Shown here: piece after piece, positions 48,618-58,304 of the stretch
Layout of the letters: each line of letters starts with the position of its first letter
Numbering within the stretch: position 1 is the first letter of the stretch
Source: an uncultured Dehalococcoidaceae bacterium
Lineage (GTDB): Bacteria > Chloroflexota > Dehalococcoidia > Dehalococcoidales > RBG-16-60-22
DNA length: 64,000 nt
NCBI GenBank assembly: GCA_964422155.1
Contig: CAYQZZ010000004.1
Span: 1,749-65,748, forward strand
Reading direction: 5' to 3'
Notes under the pieces: model-generated
Seen by the model: the letters and a program-made list of their open reading frames with translations, nothing else
Told to the model about the DNA's origin: nothing
Databases searched by the model: none
Program-made: the position numbers and the translations under genes

Positions 48618-49895
48618 ATGGTTCGAAAGCAACCATTTTTTTATGGCTGGTATCTCGTCGGCGTCATGATTGTCGCCATGATGCTGATTTACGGCATCAG
48701 GAGTTCCTTTTCCGTTTTTTTCTCCCCGGTCCTGGATGAGTTCGGCTGGTACCGCGGCACAACGGCCATCATGCTTTCGCTCAATATCTTCGTCTATGGA
48801 CTGGCAGCGCCAGTAGCCGGCATTCTTGTTGACCGCTGGAAGCCGAGAACGGTGGTGGTGATGGGCATCCTCGTTCTGGCGCTGGCAACGGCCGCCAACT
48901 TCTATGCCGGCAAGCTCTGGCATTTTTACCTGCTATTTGGTGTGCTGGCGCCTATCGGCACAGCCTTCTGCGGTTCACCCGCGTTTAATCCCACTCTCAT
49001 CAACTGGTTCGGCAAGAAGCGTGGGCTCGCGGTCGGGCTGGGTCAGATCGGGGGAGGACTGAGTTTCGCTTATGTTATGCTTATTGAAAAGGTGATATCC
49101 ACATGGGATTGGCAGACTTCCTTCTTTGTCATGGCGGGCCTGGTTGTGGTTGTTTTATTGCCGCTCTATATTATCTTTTTCTATCACCGTCCGGAGGATA
49201 AAGGGTTGACTGCCTATGGCGCGAGTGAATCCCCGGGTGGGAACAAGGCAACAGATATACAAGATGTCCCCGTCCGCGATTGGACACTCCGCGTCGCGCT
49301 GAAGACTTATCAGCTATGGCTCCTGGTTTTTACCGAATTCTGTTTCTGGGGGGTCGGCAGCTACATGATTCTGGCCCACCAGATCAAGTTCGCCGAGGAC
49401 GCTGGATACAGCAGCGCGCTCGCCGCTTCGGTATTTGCCCTTTTCGGTATCGCCTCCATCGGCGGTCAGCTCTGCTCTCCCATTTCCGACTCGATAGGAC
49501 GGGAGAAGACCCTGACGGTAGCGGCCGTCCTGTCCATTGGCGGACTGATAGCATTGATGGCGGTCAAGGATACCTCGCAGCCATGGCTTCTTTACGTATA
49601 TGCCATAAGCTACGGTTTTTCGACGGGTCTTTTTTCACCTAACATTATCGTGGGCACAGCCGATATATTCCGTGGCAGAAATATCGGTACAATATCCGCC
49701 CTGTTGCTTACCGGAGTCGGTTTAGGCGGCGCTATCGGCCCATGGCTGGGAGGATATCTCTATGACGTTAAGGGGAGTTACGATATCGCCTTCATCATCA
49801 GCATGGCGGCTTATGCCGTAGGTTGTATCAGTTTCTGGATTGCCGCCCCGAGAAACGCGGAAAAACTACGGGCGAAGCTGATGAGTCCGGTCTAA
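48618..49895 (+). CDS. MFS transporter
   Basis: 425 aa, 12 helices, DRWKPR-type loop motif between TM2 and TM3. Confidence 0.87.
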   Translation: MVRKQPFFYGWYLVGVMIVAMMLIYGIRSSFSVFFSPVLDEFGWYRGTTAIMLSLNIFVYGLAAPVAGILVDRWKPRTVVVMGILVLALATAANFYAGKLWHFYLLFGVLAPIGTAFCGSPAFNPTLINWFGKKRGLAVGLGQIGGGLSFAYVMLIEKVISTWDWQTSFFVMAGLVVVVLLPLYIIFFYHRPEDKGLTAYGASESPGGNKATDIQDVPVRDWTLRVALKTYQLWLLVFTEFCFWGVGSYMILAHQIKFAEDAGYSSALAASVFALFGIASIGGQLCSPISDSIGREKTLTVAAVLSIGGLIALMAVKDTSQPWLLYVYAISYGFSTGLFSPNIIVGTADIFRGRNIGTISALLLTGVGLGGAIGPWLGGYLYDVKGSYDIAFIISMAAYAVGCISFWIAAPRNAEKLRAKLMSPV

Positions 49896-50047
49896 CCCCG
49901 GCAGAGCGGGTATTATTTATCGCCACTGGACGAGGATGGATTCCCTCTGGAAAAGACGGACGGCGAAACGCAGCGTCAGTATGTCCGCAATGTCACAACC
50001 AGTGCCTGTCCTCTCCGCTAAAACCTGGATATGTTGTATCACCCGGC

Positions 50048-51808
50048 CTATTGCCTGATAGGAATCCTGGAGAACTCAAATTTTCCTTGATTCTTTTTCA
50101 GGGCTAGGAAGGCGAGCCATTTTGCGTCGTCCTGCTCCGGGAAATCCGCCCGGATGAACCCGAAAGGCGCTCTGCGGCTCTCCTGCCTTTCCAGCGAGGC
50201 ATTCAGTACCATCTCGGCGTTATCGATAATCGACTGCACTTCAAAGCACCGCATGAGTTCATGGGGATTTTCGGCTTTAAACAGAGCGTTTTTCTTGATA
50301 TCGTTTAGGCGTTCGATGCCGCGTCTCAGCGTGTTTCCCGCCCTGACGTCGCCAGCATAGTAATCTAGCGCGTTCTGTACGGCCAGCTCTACCTCGCGCC
50401 AGTGCTGTCCTTCCTTACTTGTTAATATGCCGGAGCACAGCTTTTTGAGGGACTCTATTTGTTCGGCATCCACGGGCAGGAAATCTTTCTGCTGCCTGGC
50501 TTCCTTGGCCGCCTTCTCACCGGCGCGCCAGCCCATGACGAAAGCCCCCGGCGCCCCCGCCCAGGGTACCCCGCCGACGTCATCCCCGGCGCCGAACAAC
50601 CCTTTGACCTCGGTTTCCAGGTCATTGTTCACCACCACTCCTGAGGCAGCCGTGCCGGCCATCTCGCGGCTGTTCGGGAGCCATTCCAGCTTGTCCTTTC
50701 GGAAGTCGAATCCTTCCTGCTTTTTTAAGTAGTCCAGGAACAGAGACCCTTTGCCCTCGTTGCCGATTGACCATTCTATGTATTTTATCTCTTCCTCGGT
50801 GCCGCCGGTGAGGTCGAGATAAAAGGGCCCCTCTCCCTGTTTATGCAGTTGTTCGTAAGACGGACGCGGGTTCCGGTTCCCCGAGAGCATCTTCTGTCGG
50901 CTTATCCTGGCGTCCACTTTCTCCTTGCCCAGGTTCTCCCAGTCATAGAAACGGGTTCTCGGGACGATTACTTCGCCTTGGGGGCCGGTAACAGCCGCGG
51001 CCGGCTGTACCGTGTTCCGGGGAGAGCCCAGGTTTAGCTCGTAGTTGCCGATGGAATAGTATCCCGAGGAAAGGAACTCCATGTTGATTACCGGAATGCC
51101 GGCGCGGAAAGCCATGGCACGGCCGTCCCCGGTTTCATTCACGGGTATGCGGTGGTTGCCCCAGATGCCGGTTACGTTGGGGGTCAGTCGGTTGGCCCGC
51201 CCCGTGCACAGGACGACCGTTTTCGCCCGGAAAGAATATAGATGGCCGTTATTTGTGCCTATGCCGAGCGCCCCCGATATCTGGCCGTCGGTGATTAACA
51301 GGGCTACCATCATGACCCGATTTATAATATTGACGCCCCTTTTTTTAGCCTCTAACGTAAGCTTTACCTTTAAATCGCGGCCGTCAAAGTTAAATGAGCT
51401 CGGCAGGCTGTGGAACTGGTACACAATCCGGAATTTGCCGGGTATTTTGCTATCTTCGTACCTGATTTTAATGCCGAACTTCTCCAGGTCCAGCATCCTG
51501 CTATAGTTTTCGCTGGCCACCAGGCGGAGCAGCTCTTTATTGATAAAGCCCCGCGCTATTAGCTGGGCGTGGTCTTCTATCAGGTCGTCGATAGTCCACC
51601 CCATCTTTTCATGGACAAGTGGTATATAAGCCCATGAGTGGTCGACTCCCGTCCCGGCGCAGCCGCTGCTCAGTGTATTGGCCTTTTCCGCTATCGTGGC
51701 TTTTACCCCGTATTCGCTGGCTTTTATCCCGGCCATGCAGCCGGCCAGTCCACCGCCGATGACCAGTACGTCCGTCTCAACTGGTATCACTTCGGTATCT
51801 GGTTTCAT
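50048..51808 (-). CDS. FAD-dependent oxidoreductase, AprA / fumarate-reductase-flavoprotein-like
   Basis: DVLVIGGGLAGCMAG dinucleotide-binding motif; 586 aa. 4-nt overlap with the upstream ferredoxin gene. Confidence 0.78.
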   Translation of the reverse strand: MKPDTEVIPVETDVLVIGGGLAGCMAGIKASEYGVKATIAEKANTLSSGCAGTGVDHSWAYIPLVHEKMGWTIDDLIEDHAQLIARGFINKELLRLVASENYSRMLDLEKFGIKIRYEDSKIPGKFRIVYQFHSLPSSFNFDGRDLKVKLTLEAKKRGVNIINRVMMVALLITDGQISGALGIGTNNGHLYSFRAKTVVLCTGRANRLTPNVTGIWGNHRIPVNETGDGRAMAFRAGIPVINMEFLSSGYYSIGNYELNLGSPRNTVQPAAAVTGPQGEVIVPRTRFYDWENLGKEKVDARISRQKMLSGNRNPRPSYEQLHKQGEGPFYLDLTGGTEEEIKYIEWSIGNEGKGSLFLDYLKKQEGFDFRKDKLEWLPNSREMAGTAASGVVVNNDLETEVKGLFGAGDDVGGVPWAGAPGAFVMGWRAGEKAAKEARQQKDFLPVDAEQIESLKKLCSGILTSKEGQHWREVELAVQNALDYYAGDVRAGNTLRRGIERLNDIKKNALFKAENPHELMRCFEVQSIIDNAEMVLNASLERQESRRAPFGFIRADFPEQDDAKWLAFLALKKNQGKFEFSRIPIRQ

Positions 51809-52065
51809 GGCTTCTCTCCTCTCAGGATGGATACCCTCATCGGGAGGGGCGGGACAATCTTGATAGCCCCCTTTTCCCGCTGCGGGCAGCGCATCCAGCA
51901 GGCTCCGTCATAGGCGCATTCGTCCGGGTATTTTATTAAGGGGGGTTTACCCTTCTCGGGATTAGCCTCAAGGATTTCCATGAGGCAGACATCCACGCAG
52001 GTATTGCATCCCGTGCAAACATCCTCGTTAAAAACAATTGGGTTAAACATCGCTGACCTCCGCAA
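51805..52065 (-). CDS. Small 2x[4Fe-4S] ferredoxin (AprB-N-terminal-like)
   Basis: CTGCNTCVDVC and C...C...CWMRCP cysteine groups. The start may be the internal MFNPIV. Confidence 0.72.
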   Translation of the reverse strand: MRRSAMFNPIVFNEDVCTGCNTCVDVCLMEILEANPEKGKPPLIKYPDECAYDGACWMRCPQREKGAIKIVPPLPMRVSILRGEKP

Positions 52066-52134
52066 TCTTTAGTATAACTCTGGAAGCAGGATGTTAAGAG
52101 AATATCAGAAATGGGTTTATAATACAAATTGAAG

Positions 52135-52167
52135 AAAAAAAAAGAGGGGGAGCCGTTCGGCTCCCCC
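52135..52167 (-). terminator. Strong intrinsic terminator after SDR 52237..52992
   Basis: gggggagcc-gttc-ggctccccc, a 9-bp GC stem, followed on the minus strand by a run of at least 9 U. Confidence 0.7.
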
Positions 52168-52236
52168 CTTTGAATTGTCCAATACGACAACTCTATTTAC
52201 TCGATATATAGCTCTTCTACTTCATAAGCTTCTAGC

Positions 52237-52992
52237 CTAGGGGGAGACGCCGCCCGAGACCACGAGTACCTGTCCGACGATGTCGCTGGCGGCATCCGAA
52301 ACCAGGAAAGTCACCGCGTTGGCGATATCCTGGGTCGTGGTGAGCCTTTTAATCGGCAGCGTCTTGGGGAAGTTCTCTAACATACCGGGAGGCGCATTCT
52401 TGGCGAAGCCGGTATTGGCGGGTCCGGGGGAAACGCAGTTGACGTTAATGCCTTCGGGCGCAGCTTCTTTAGCTACACCCATGCTGAAAGCGATGATTCC
52501 CGCCTTGGCCGCGGCATAACCGGTGGTAAACATCCCGCCGTGTATACCGGCGCCCGATGTAATATTCACTATTTTACCGCTCTTTTGCTTAATCATAAGC
52601 GGGAGGACGGTCATGGTGCCGTTCCTCGTGCTTCTGAGGTTAACATTGATATCGAAGTCCCAGTCCTTGTCCGTCATTTGCAGGAAGGGCTTGGGTGGGG
52701 TGCAGCCGCCGGCATTGTTCACCAGTATGTCTATCCTGCCGAACTTTTCCAGCACCTTTTTTACCATGGTATCCCATTCCGTGCCGCTGGTGACATCAGC
52801 TTTAATCGCCATGGACTTGCGCCCCAGCTTTTCTACCTCGGCCGCTGTTTTCTTGGCGCCATCGAGGTCTAGGTCGTTAATAATGACATCGCACCCTTCT
52901 TTAGCCAGCTGTAATGCTATGGCTTTGCCGAAGCCTATCTGGCTGCCGGCTCCGGTTACCAGAGCTACCTTGCCTTTTAAGCCTAGTTCCAT
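52237..52992 (-). CDS. SDR-family oxidoreductase
   Basis: TGAGSQIGFG, NNAG, Y...K catalytic pattern. Confidence 0.87.
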   Translation of the reverse strand: MELGLKGKVALVTGAGSQIGFGKAIALQLAKEGCDVIINDLDLDGAKKTAAEVEKLGRKSMAIKADVTSGTEWDTMVKKVLEKFGRIDILVNNAGGCTPPKPFLQMTDKDWDFDINVNLRSTRNGTMTVLPLMIKQKSGKIVNITSGAGIHGGMFTTGYAAAKAGIIAFSMGVAKEAAPEGINVNCVSPGPANTGFAKNAPPGMLENFPKTLPIKRLTTTQDIANAVTFLVSDAASDIVGQVLVVSGGVSP

Positions 52993-53051
52993 GTAATTCC
53001 TCCTTTTGATTATTTGCTTAATAGCTCCTTCATCAGATATGCCAATATCCC

Positions 53052-53837
53052 TTAAAACTTTATTATCTTGCCTCCATCCACGTCAAAGGTCTGTCCCACG
53101 ATATCGCTGGAGACATCCGAGGCTAGGAACGCCACCATGTTGCCGATATCCTGAGGGGTAGTCATCCTGCCCACCGGTATGTCCATGGAAACGTGTTTAA
53201 TAAATTCAGGCGGGGTTTCCGCCGTTTTTAATACTTTACTGGAACGTAAAAAGCCAGTATCGCCGAGGCCGGGGCTAACGCTGTTTACGTTAACGCCAGA
53301 GGCTATCACTTCCTTGGCCAGAGCTTTGGTGAAAGCGATAACTCCGGCCTTGGCCGCGCTATAGATACTGGAGTTTGCCAGGCCCATAGTGCCGACGCCT
53401 GACGAAGTGTTGATAATCTTACCGCTCTTGCGTTCCAGCATTTGGGGTAGGACCGCTTTGGTGCAAATAAACACCGACCTGAGGTTGATATCTATATCCG
53501 GGTCCCACTCCGCCTCGGTCTTTTGCACAAAAGGTTTCGGTGGCGTGGATTGACCGGCATTATTTACCAGAATATCTATCCTGCCGAATTTCGCCAGGGC
53601 CGCCTTTACCGCGTTGTTTACCTCGGCGCTTTTAGTTACATCCGCCTGAAGAGCTATGGCTTTATGACCTGAAGCCTCAATTTCTGCCGCGGTCTTTTTC
53701 GCGCCTTCGAGGTCCTTATCAACAACGATTACGTTGCACCCCTCTTTTGCCAGCGTCAGGGCAATGCCCTTACCGAAACCTGTCTGGTTGCCGGCTCCGG
53801 TTACCAGTGCCGCTTTGCCTTTTAATCCCAGGTCCAT
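53052..53837 (-). CDS. SDR-family oxidoreductase
   Basis: TGAGNQTGFG, NNAG, YSAAK. Confidence 0.87.
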   Translation of the reverse strand: MDLGLKGKAALVTGAGNQTGFGKGIALTLAKEGCNVIVVDKDLEGAKKTAAEIEASGHKAIALQADVTKSAEVNNAVKAALAKFGRIDILVNNAGQSTPPKPFVQKTEAEWDPDIDINLRSVFICTKAVLPQMLERKSGKIINTSSGVGTMGLANSSIYSAAKAGVIAFTKALAKEVIASGVNVNSVSPGLGDTGFLRSSKVLKTAETPPEFIKHVSMDIPVGRMTTPQDIGNMVAFLASDVSSDIVGQTFDVDGGKIIKF

Positions 53838-53843
53838 AATTAT

Positions 53844-54653
53844 TTATCCCCTTTCACCGAATATCCCTGTGATATTGTTGGAAATCCGTCTCGAACTGGC
53901 TTTTAGCTCGGCAATAACCTCTTTCACCTTGGGTTGGAGACGGCTCTCCGGGCCTACGACGCTCAGGCCGACCGGCAGGATGTAATTATGAATAGGTGCC
54001 GCGATACAAAAAGTTCCCTGGACCCGTTCTCCGTAGCTGATGGCGTATCCCTTTTGCCTGATTTCCTTCAACTGCGCCATCAGCAGTTGCTTATCGGTAA
54101 CGGTACGTTCGGTTTCCGGCGTGATGTTTATGTTATCCATTAATATTTTCAGTCTTTTTTCATCGAGTTGCATGAGTAATACTTTTACGGAGGCTCCGGC
54201 ATACAGACCGGCGTAGAGAGGTCCTATCTTTTTACTCTCCTGGGTGACTTTGAGGGTATGCTTGCTCGGTATTTCATGCAGCGGAAGATATTGAATACCT
54301 ATCATGATATCCAGGGCAACCGTTTCCTCTGAGAAAGATGCCAGGTGTTTCATCTCGTCGATGGCGCACGTTATCAGGCGCTTATGAGTGGTTACGGGGT
54401 TTGATGTCAGTTGCGTGATAAGGGGACCGAGGTAATAGCGGCGGTTGATAGTATCCTGGACCACAAGGAGGGGTTCTTCCAGTAGTTTGAGTACTCTGTG
54501 GACGGTGGATTTGCTGAAATTGCATTGCCTGGCAATATCGCTTATCTTGTGGACATCGTTGCTCAGGCAGATGAGAATTTCAGTAGCATGAGCTATGGAA
54601 CCGGTAGCCTTCTTTGCCTTTTCCGGGATTACTTTCGGAATACTCGCCTCCAT
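53844..54653 (-). CDS. IclR-family transcriptional regulator
   Basis: N-terminal wHTH (ISDIARQCNFSKSTVHRVLKLL) and a C-terminal IclR effector domain. Confidence 0.87.
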   Translation of the reverse strand: MEASIPKVIPEKAKKATGSIAHATEILICLSNDVHKISDIARQCNFSKSTVHRVLKLLEEPLLVVQDTINRRYYLGPLITQLTSNPVTTHKRLITCAIDEMKHLASFSEETVALDIMIGIQYLPLHEIPSKHTLKVTQESKKIGPLYAGLYAGASVKVLLMQLDEKRLKILMDNINITPETERTVTDKQLLMAQLKEIRQKGYAISYGERVQGTFCIAAPIHNYILPVGLSVVGPESRLQPKVKEVIAELKASSRRISNNITGIFGERG

Positions 54654-54827
54654 GGTCAGGGCTCTCCTTCCAGAGAAATTCTAATATTACATTACATTTT
54701 ACCATTTTCTGCTGAGAAAGATTAAGAAAAGCTTCGCCCTCTATCAGGCGTTGGGATTTTCCCGCTATATCACCGCGAAAGATGTATAATATAACGAAGT
54801 ATTAACGTTAGATATAGGAGGTAATTT

Positions 54828-55604
54828 ATGTTACTTAAAGACAGGGTCGCCATTATTACCGGCGGAGCCCGCGGCATGGGCAGGGCCATCGCCCTCCGCT
54901 TTGCTAAGGAAGGCTGCTCCTCGGTTATCATTGACCTTCTGGATAAAGAAGGCGAAAAAACGGTTAGCGATATTAAAAAGGCCGGGAAGGATGCTATTTA
55001 CGTCCGTTGCGACGTCACCAGCAGCGCCAAAGTGAGGGAAATGGTGGCCAAGTCTATAGTTAAGTTCAAGAAAGTGGATATCATGGTGAACTGCGCCGGT
55101 ATCGGCAGGCCGCCTGTGCTGATTAATGATATCTCCGAAGAGGAATATGACAAGGTCGTGGGGGTCAACATGAAGGGTATCTTCCTGTGCCTCCAGGCCA
55201 TCGCCCCGCACATGAAAGCCAATAAATACGGCAAGATTATCAACATCTCTTCTCTGGCGGGTATTTCTCCCGGCGCGTTTGCCATTCACTATGCCGCCGC
55301 CAAAGCCGGAGCTTTGCACCTCTCGAACTGTTTTGCCCTGGAAATGGCCAGGTATAATGTCACCGTCAACGTCATTCTCCCGGGGATGATTCGCACGGAT
55401 ATGACCAGAGATTTTGCCCCGCCGATGATTAAAGACCTGGACGCTTTCATGGGCGAGATGGCTAAAGGCATACCTCTGGGGAGGGAAGGTACCGTGGATG
55501 ACATCGCCTCGGCGGCGCTGTTCCTGGCATCCGATGAATCCTCGTATATCACGGGCGATAGTATACGTGTCGGGGGCGGTATGCCCAACCGGGCGGCACC
55601 GTAA
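54828..55604 (+). CDS. SDR-family oxidoreductase
   Basis: TGGARGMG, NCAG, YAAAK. GGAGG upstream. Confidence 0.87.
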   Translation: MLLKDRVAIITGGARGMGRAIALRFAKEGCSSVIIDLLDKEGEKTVSDIKKAGKDAIYVRCDVTSSAKVREMVAKSIVKFKKVDIMVNCAGIGRPPVLINDISEEEYDKVVGVNMKGIFLCLQAIAPHMKANKYGKIINISSLAGISPGAFAIHYAAAKAGALHLSNCFALEMARYNVTVNVILPGMIRTDMTRDFAPPMIKDLDAFMGEMAKGIPLGREGTVDDIASAALFLASDESSYITGDSIRVGGGMPNRAAP

Positions 55605-55651
55605 AATATCGGCAAATTAAAGGTAGCATTGAGGAGGATGTCCGAAAATTG

Positions 55652-56485
55652 TCATTCCCGACCTTTCAGGAAGTTGCCCGCGATATTGTTGGAAATCCGG
55701 ACCGAGCTTGCCTTCAGCTCTTCGATTACCCCTGTTGCCCGCAATTGTAGTCGACTCTCTGGCCCCACGACACTCAAAGCAACCGGCAGAACGTAATTAT
55801 TAATGGGCACGGATATGCATAATGCTCCGGGAATCCTTTCTCCGTAGCTGATAGCGTACCCCTGCTGCCTGATTTCTTTAATCTGCGCCATCAACAGTTC
55901 CTTGTTGGTTACGGTACGCTCGGTGGCGCGTGTGATATTCATACTGTCTAGCGCTACTTTCAGCTGTTTATCATTAAGCAGGGAAAGCATTACTTTCACC
56001 GAGGCCCCGGCCTGTAAAGGCCCGGACATTCTGCTTTCTTGAGTAACTTTTAGGTCATGTTTACTCGCTATTTCATATAGTGAAAAATGTTGAATACCTA
56101 TCATAATGTCCAGGGTCACCGTTTCCTCGGAAATATGTGATAGGTGTTTCATCTCCTCATTCGCATACATAATCAGATATTCATGGGTGGTTATCGGGTT
56201 TGACGCCAGTTGTGTTATCAGGGGGCCCAGGTAATAGCGGCGGTTAGTGGAGTCCTGTACTACAAGCTAAGCCTCTCCAAGCAGCTTGAGTACCCTGTGG
56301 ACGGTGGACTTGCCGAGATTACACTGCCTGGCAATATCGGTTAAAGCATGGATATCATTGCTTAAACATATCAGGATGCTGGTGGCATGGGCGATAGAAC
56401 CGGTGGTCTTTTTTTCAGCAACGGGGAAATCGTTCCGTATGTTAGAACTTGTGTTCCTTTTCGGCACGTTTTTATTATAGCACAT
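55652..56485 (-). pseudogene. IclR-family regulator paralog interrupted by one in-frame TAG (56267-56269)
   Basis: Track ORFs 56267..56485 (HTH) and 55652..56170 (effector domain) are in the same frame. Reading through gives ...LKLLGEA-TAG-LVVQDSTNRRYYLGPLITQL..., colinear with ...LKLLEEPLLVVQDTINRRYYLGPLITQL... of the intact paralog. The TAG aligns with a Leu. Confidence 0.7.
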
Positions 56486-56583
56486 CCTGTCAAGAAACTA
56501 TAATCAGGATTCTGTTGGTTTTGGTTGCACCCCCTTGGGAGGTTGTCATTGCGAAGGCACGCCAGTGCCCATAAAGCCTTAGC

Positions 56584-56611
56584 TTGACAGGTATGACATA
56601 AATGATATAAT
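56584..56611 (+). promoter_or_regulatory. Sigma70-like promoter upstream of the cupin gene
   Basis: TTGACA, 16-nt spacer, TATAAT. A leader of about 120 nt follows. Confidence 0.5.
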
Positions 56612-56738
56612 AAGGGTACATTACAAAGGAACAGAAGTTCAGATAAATGGAACGTTATTTATAGCTGGATAGATACTTCGGATGTACTTTCGTCGTGAAA
56701 CGTCGTTCGGTAATATAAAAGCAGGAGGCTGATTCAAG

Positions 56739-57194
56739 ATGGCTAAGACAAAATATGGAAAATACGTCATAAAGGCACCTACCCTGAAAGGGGACTTCCC
56801 GCCTTTGGCGCAGAGAATGGTCTATGACGGCCTTACCAAAGGCGGTATCGGAAATGTCGGCATAAGATATTCATACTTTTACGGGCCTCCCTTCCAGTTC
56901 GAGGTCCCTCACAAGCATGATTATGACCAGTTCCTGTGTTTCCTGGGCACCCCGGAGGATGTCAGGGTTTTCGATGCGGAAGTTGAGATATGGCTGGGCG
57001 ATGAAATGGAAAAACACACCATAACCGAGTCCACCATCGTCCATGTCCCCGCCGGATTGCTTCACTGCCCTATGAATTACAAGCGGATAAGCAAGCCCAT
57101 CATGCTTATCAATATCACGCTCGGCGGCGAATATATTAAGAAGAGCGCTAAGGGCGAAATAATGCCCTGGCGACCCGATATGCCCAAGAAATAG
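56739..57194 (+). CDS. Cupin-fold protein, function unknown
   Basis: PHKHDYDQ...VHVPAGLLHCP resembles the two cupin motifs. AGGAGG upstream. Confidence 0.55.
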   Translation: MAKTKYGKYVIKAPTLKGDFPPLAQRMVYDGLTKGGIGNVGIRYSYFYGPPFQFEVPHKHDYDQFLCFLGTPEDVRVFDAEVEIWLGDEMEKHTITESTIVHVPAGLLHCPMNYKRISKPIMLINITLGGEYIKKSAKGEIMPWRPDMPKK

Positions 57195-57214
57195 AGAACA
57201 GGTAATAATTTATA

Positions 57215-57256
57215 AGGGGTGGACCGCCGCAATAAGTGGTGTCACCCCTTTTTTAT
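57215..57256 (+). terminator. Candidate intrinsic terminator after the cupin gene
   Basis: aggggtg...cacccct stem followed by TTTTTTATTT. Confidence 0.45.
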
Positions 57257-57260
57257 TTCA

Positions 57261-57335
<75 letters not shown>

Positions 57336-57427
57336 CCGGAGCGTTTATATTTTATCTCAAAAGACCGATGTTGTAAAGAAGGGGCGGGGTTAAGATAAGC
57401 CGGCTGAAAGTATCGGTCGTTCAGCAA

Positions 57428-57523
57428 CCGCTCATGGTGAGCCTGTCGAACCATAGCGATGTGCTTGAATTTGCCCTTCGACAAGCTCACTTCGTGGTGA
57501 CTCAGTGGAACCAGGGCGAGCGG
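57428..57523 (+). repeat. Family-B element, copy 3
   Basis: ccgctcatggtgagcctgtcgaaccatagcg...cccttcgacaagctcac...gagcgg. Confidence 0.6.
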
Positions 57524-57549
57524 GAAAAGATAGTATCAAAGTGTAACAT

Positions 57550-57578
57550 TTGACTTTTCATTTAGGCATTGATATACT
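57550..57578 (+). promoter_or_regulatory. Near-consensus sigma70 promoter of the corrinoid/methyltransferase cluster
   Basis: TTGACT, 17-nt spacer, TATACT, 90 nt upstream of the ATG at 57668. Confidence 0.55.
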
Positions 57579-57667
57579 CGCCATGAGCAGGTGCACCTCA
57601 AGCTTGGACGAGGGAAATCCACACCATTCTCAAATAGACCATCGATAAATTTAAGGAGGATAAAGGT

Positions 57668-58303
57668 ATGCCCAAGGATTTTGTCAATCTGTTAGCTGAC
57701 CTGAAAGAGGATGAGGTTCTTAAACTAACCAGGCAAAGACTTGAGTCCAAAGAAGACCCGATGAAAATCCTGGAGGACAGCCGAAAGGGCATGGAAATCG
57801 TAGGCAAGCGTTTTGCCGACGGCGAGTATTTCCTGCCGGAGCTTGTCTTTTCCGGTGAGCTTATCAAGCAAATTACCGAGATAGTAAAACCCCATCTTAC
57901 CAAGTCATCGGCTAAAATCAAGCGTCTGGGCAAGGTTGTCATCGGCACGGTAGCCGGTGATATTCATGATATCGGCCTGAACATCGTTGATTTCATGCTG
58001 GACGTCAATGGTTTTGAGGTTACCAACCTCGGTGTCGACGTACCTGCGGAAAAGTTCGTCAAGGCGATGAAAGATACCAAGGCACCCGTTCTCGGTTTAA
58101 GCGGATTCCTTACCCCCGCCTTCGACGCCATGAAAGAGACCGTCGAGGCTCTGGACAAGGCTGGACTGAGGAAAAATATCAAAATCATGATTGGCGGCGG
58201 CCAGATGGACGATGAGGTCAGGAAGTACGCCAAGGCCGATGCCTTTGGTAAAGACGCTATGGCGGCGGTGGCTCTATCCAAGAAGTGGATTGGTGTTAGC
58301 TAA
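57668..58303 (+). CDS. Corrinoid (cobalamin-binding) protein, MtaC/MtbC-like
   Basis: N-terminal helical cap domain and a Rossmann B12 domain with the GDIHDIG (DxHxxG) lower-ligand motif. Confidence 0.88.
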   Translation: MPKDFVNLLADLKEDEVLKLTRQRLESKEDPMKILEDSRKGMEIVGKRFADGEYFLPELVFSGELIKQITEIVKPHLTKSSAKIKRLGKVVIGTVAGDIHDIGLNIVDFMLDVNGFEVTNLGVDVPAEKFVKAMKDTKAPVLGLSGFLTPAFDAMKETVEALDKAGLRKNIKIMIGGGQMDDEVRKYAKADAFGKDAMAAVALSKKWIGVS

Positions 58304-58304
58304 T

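Noticed and set aside
57579-57667. A cobalamin riboswitch in the leader of the corrinoid protein gene.
   Set aside because: The leader is only about 90 nt and lacks the B12 box (GCCACTG) and the conserved multi-helix core. It is too short for the known classes.
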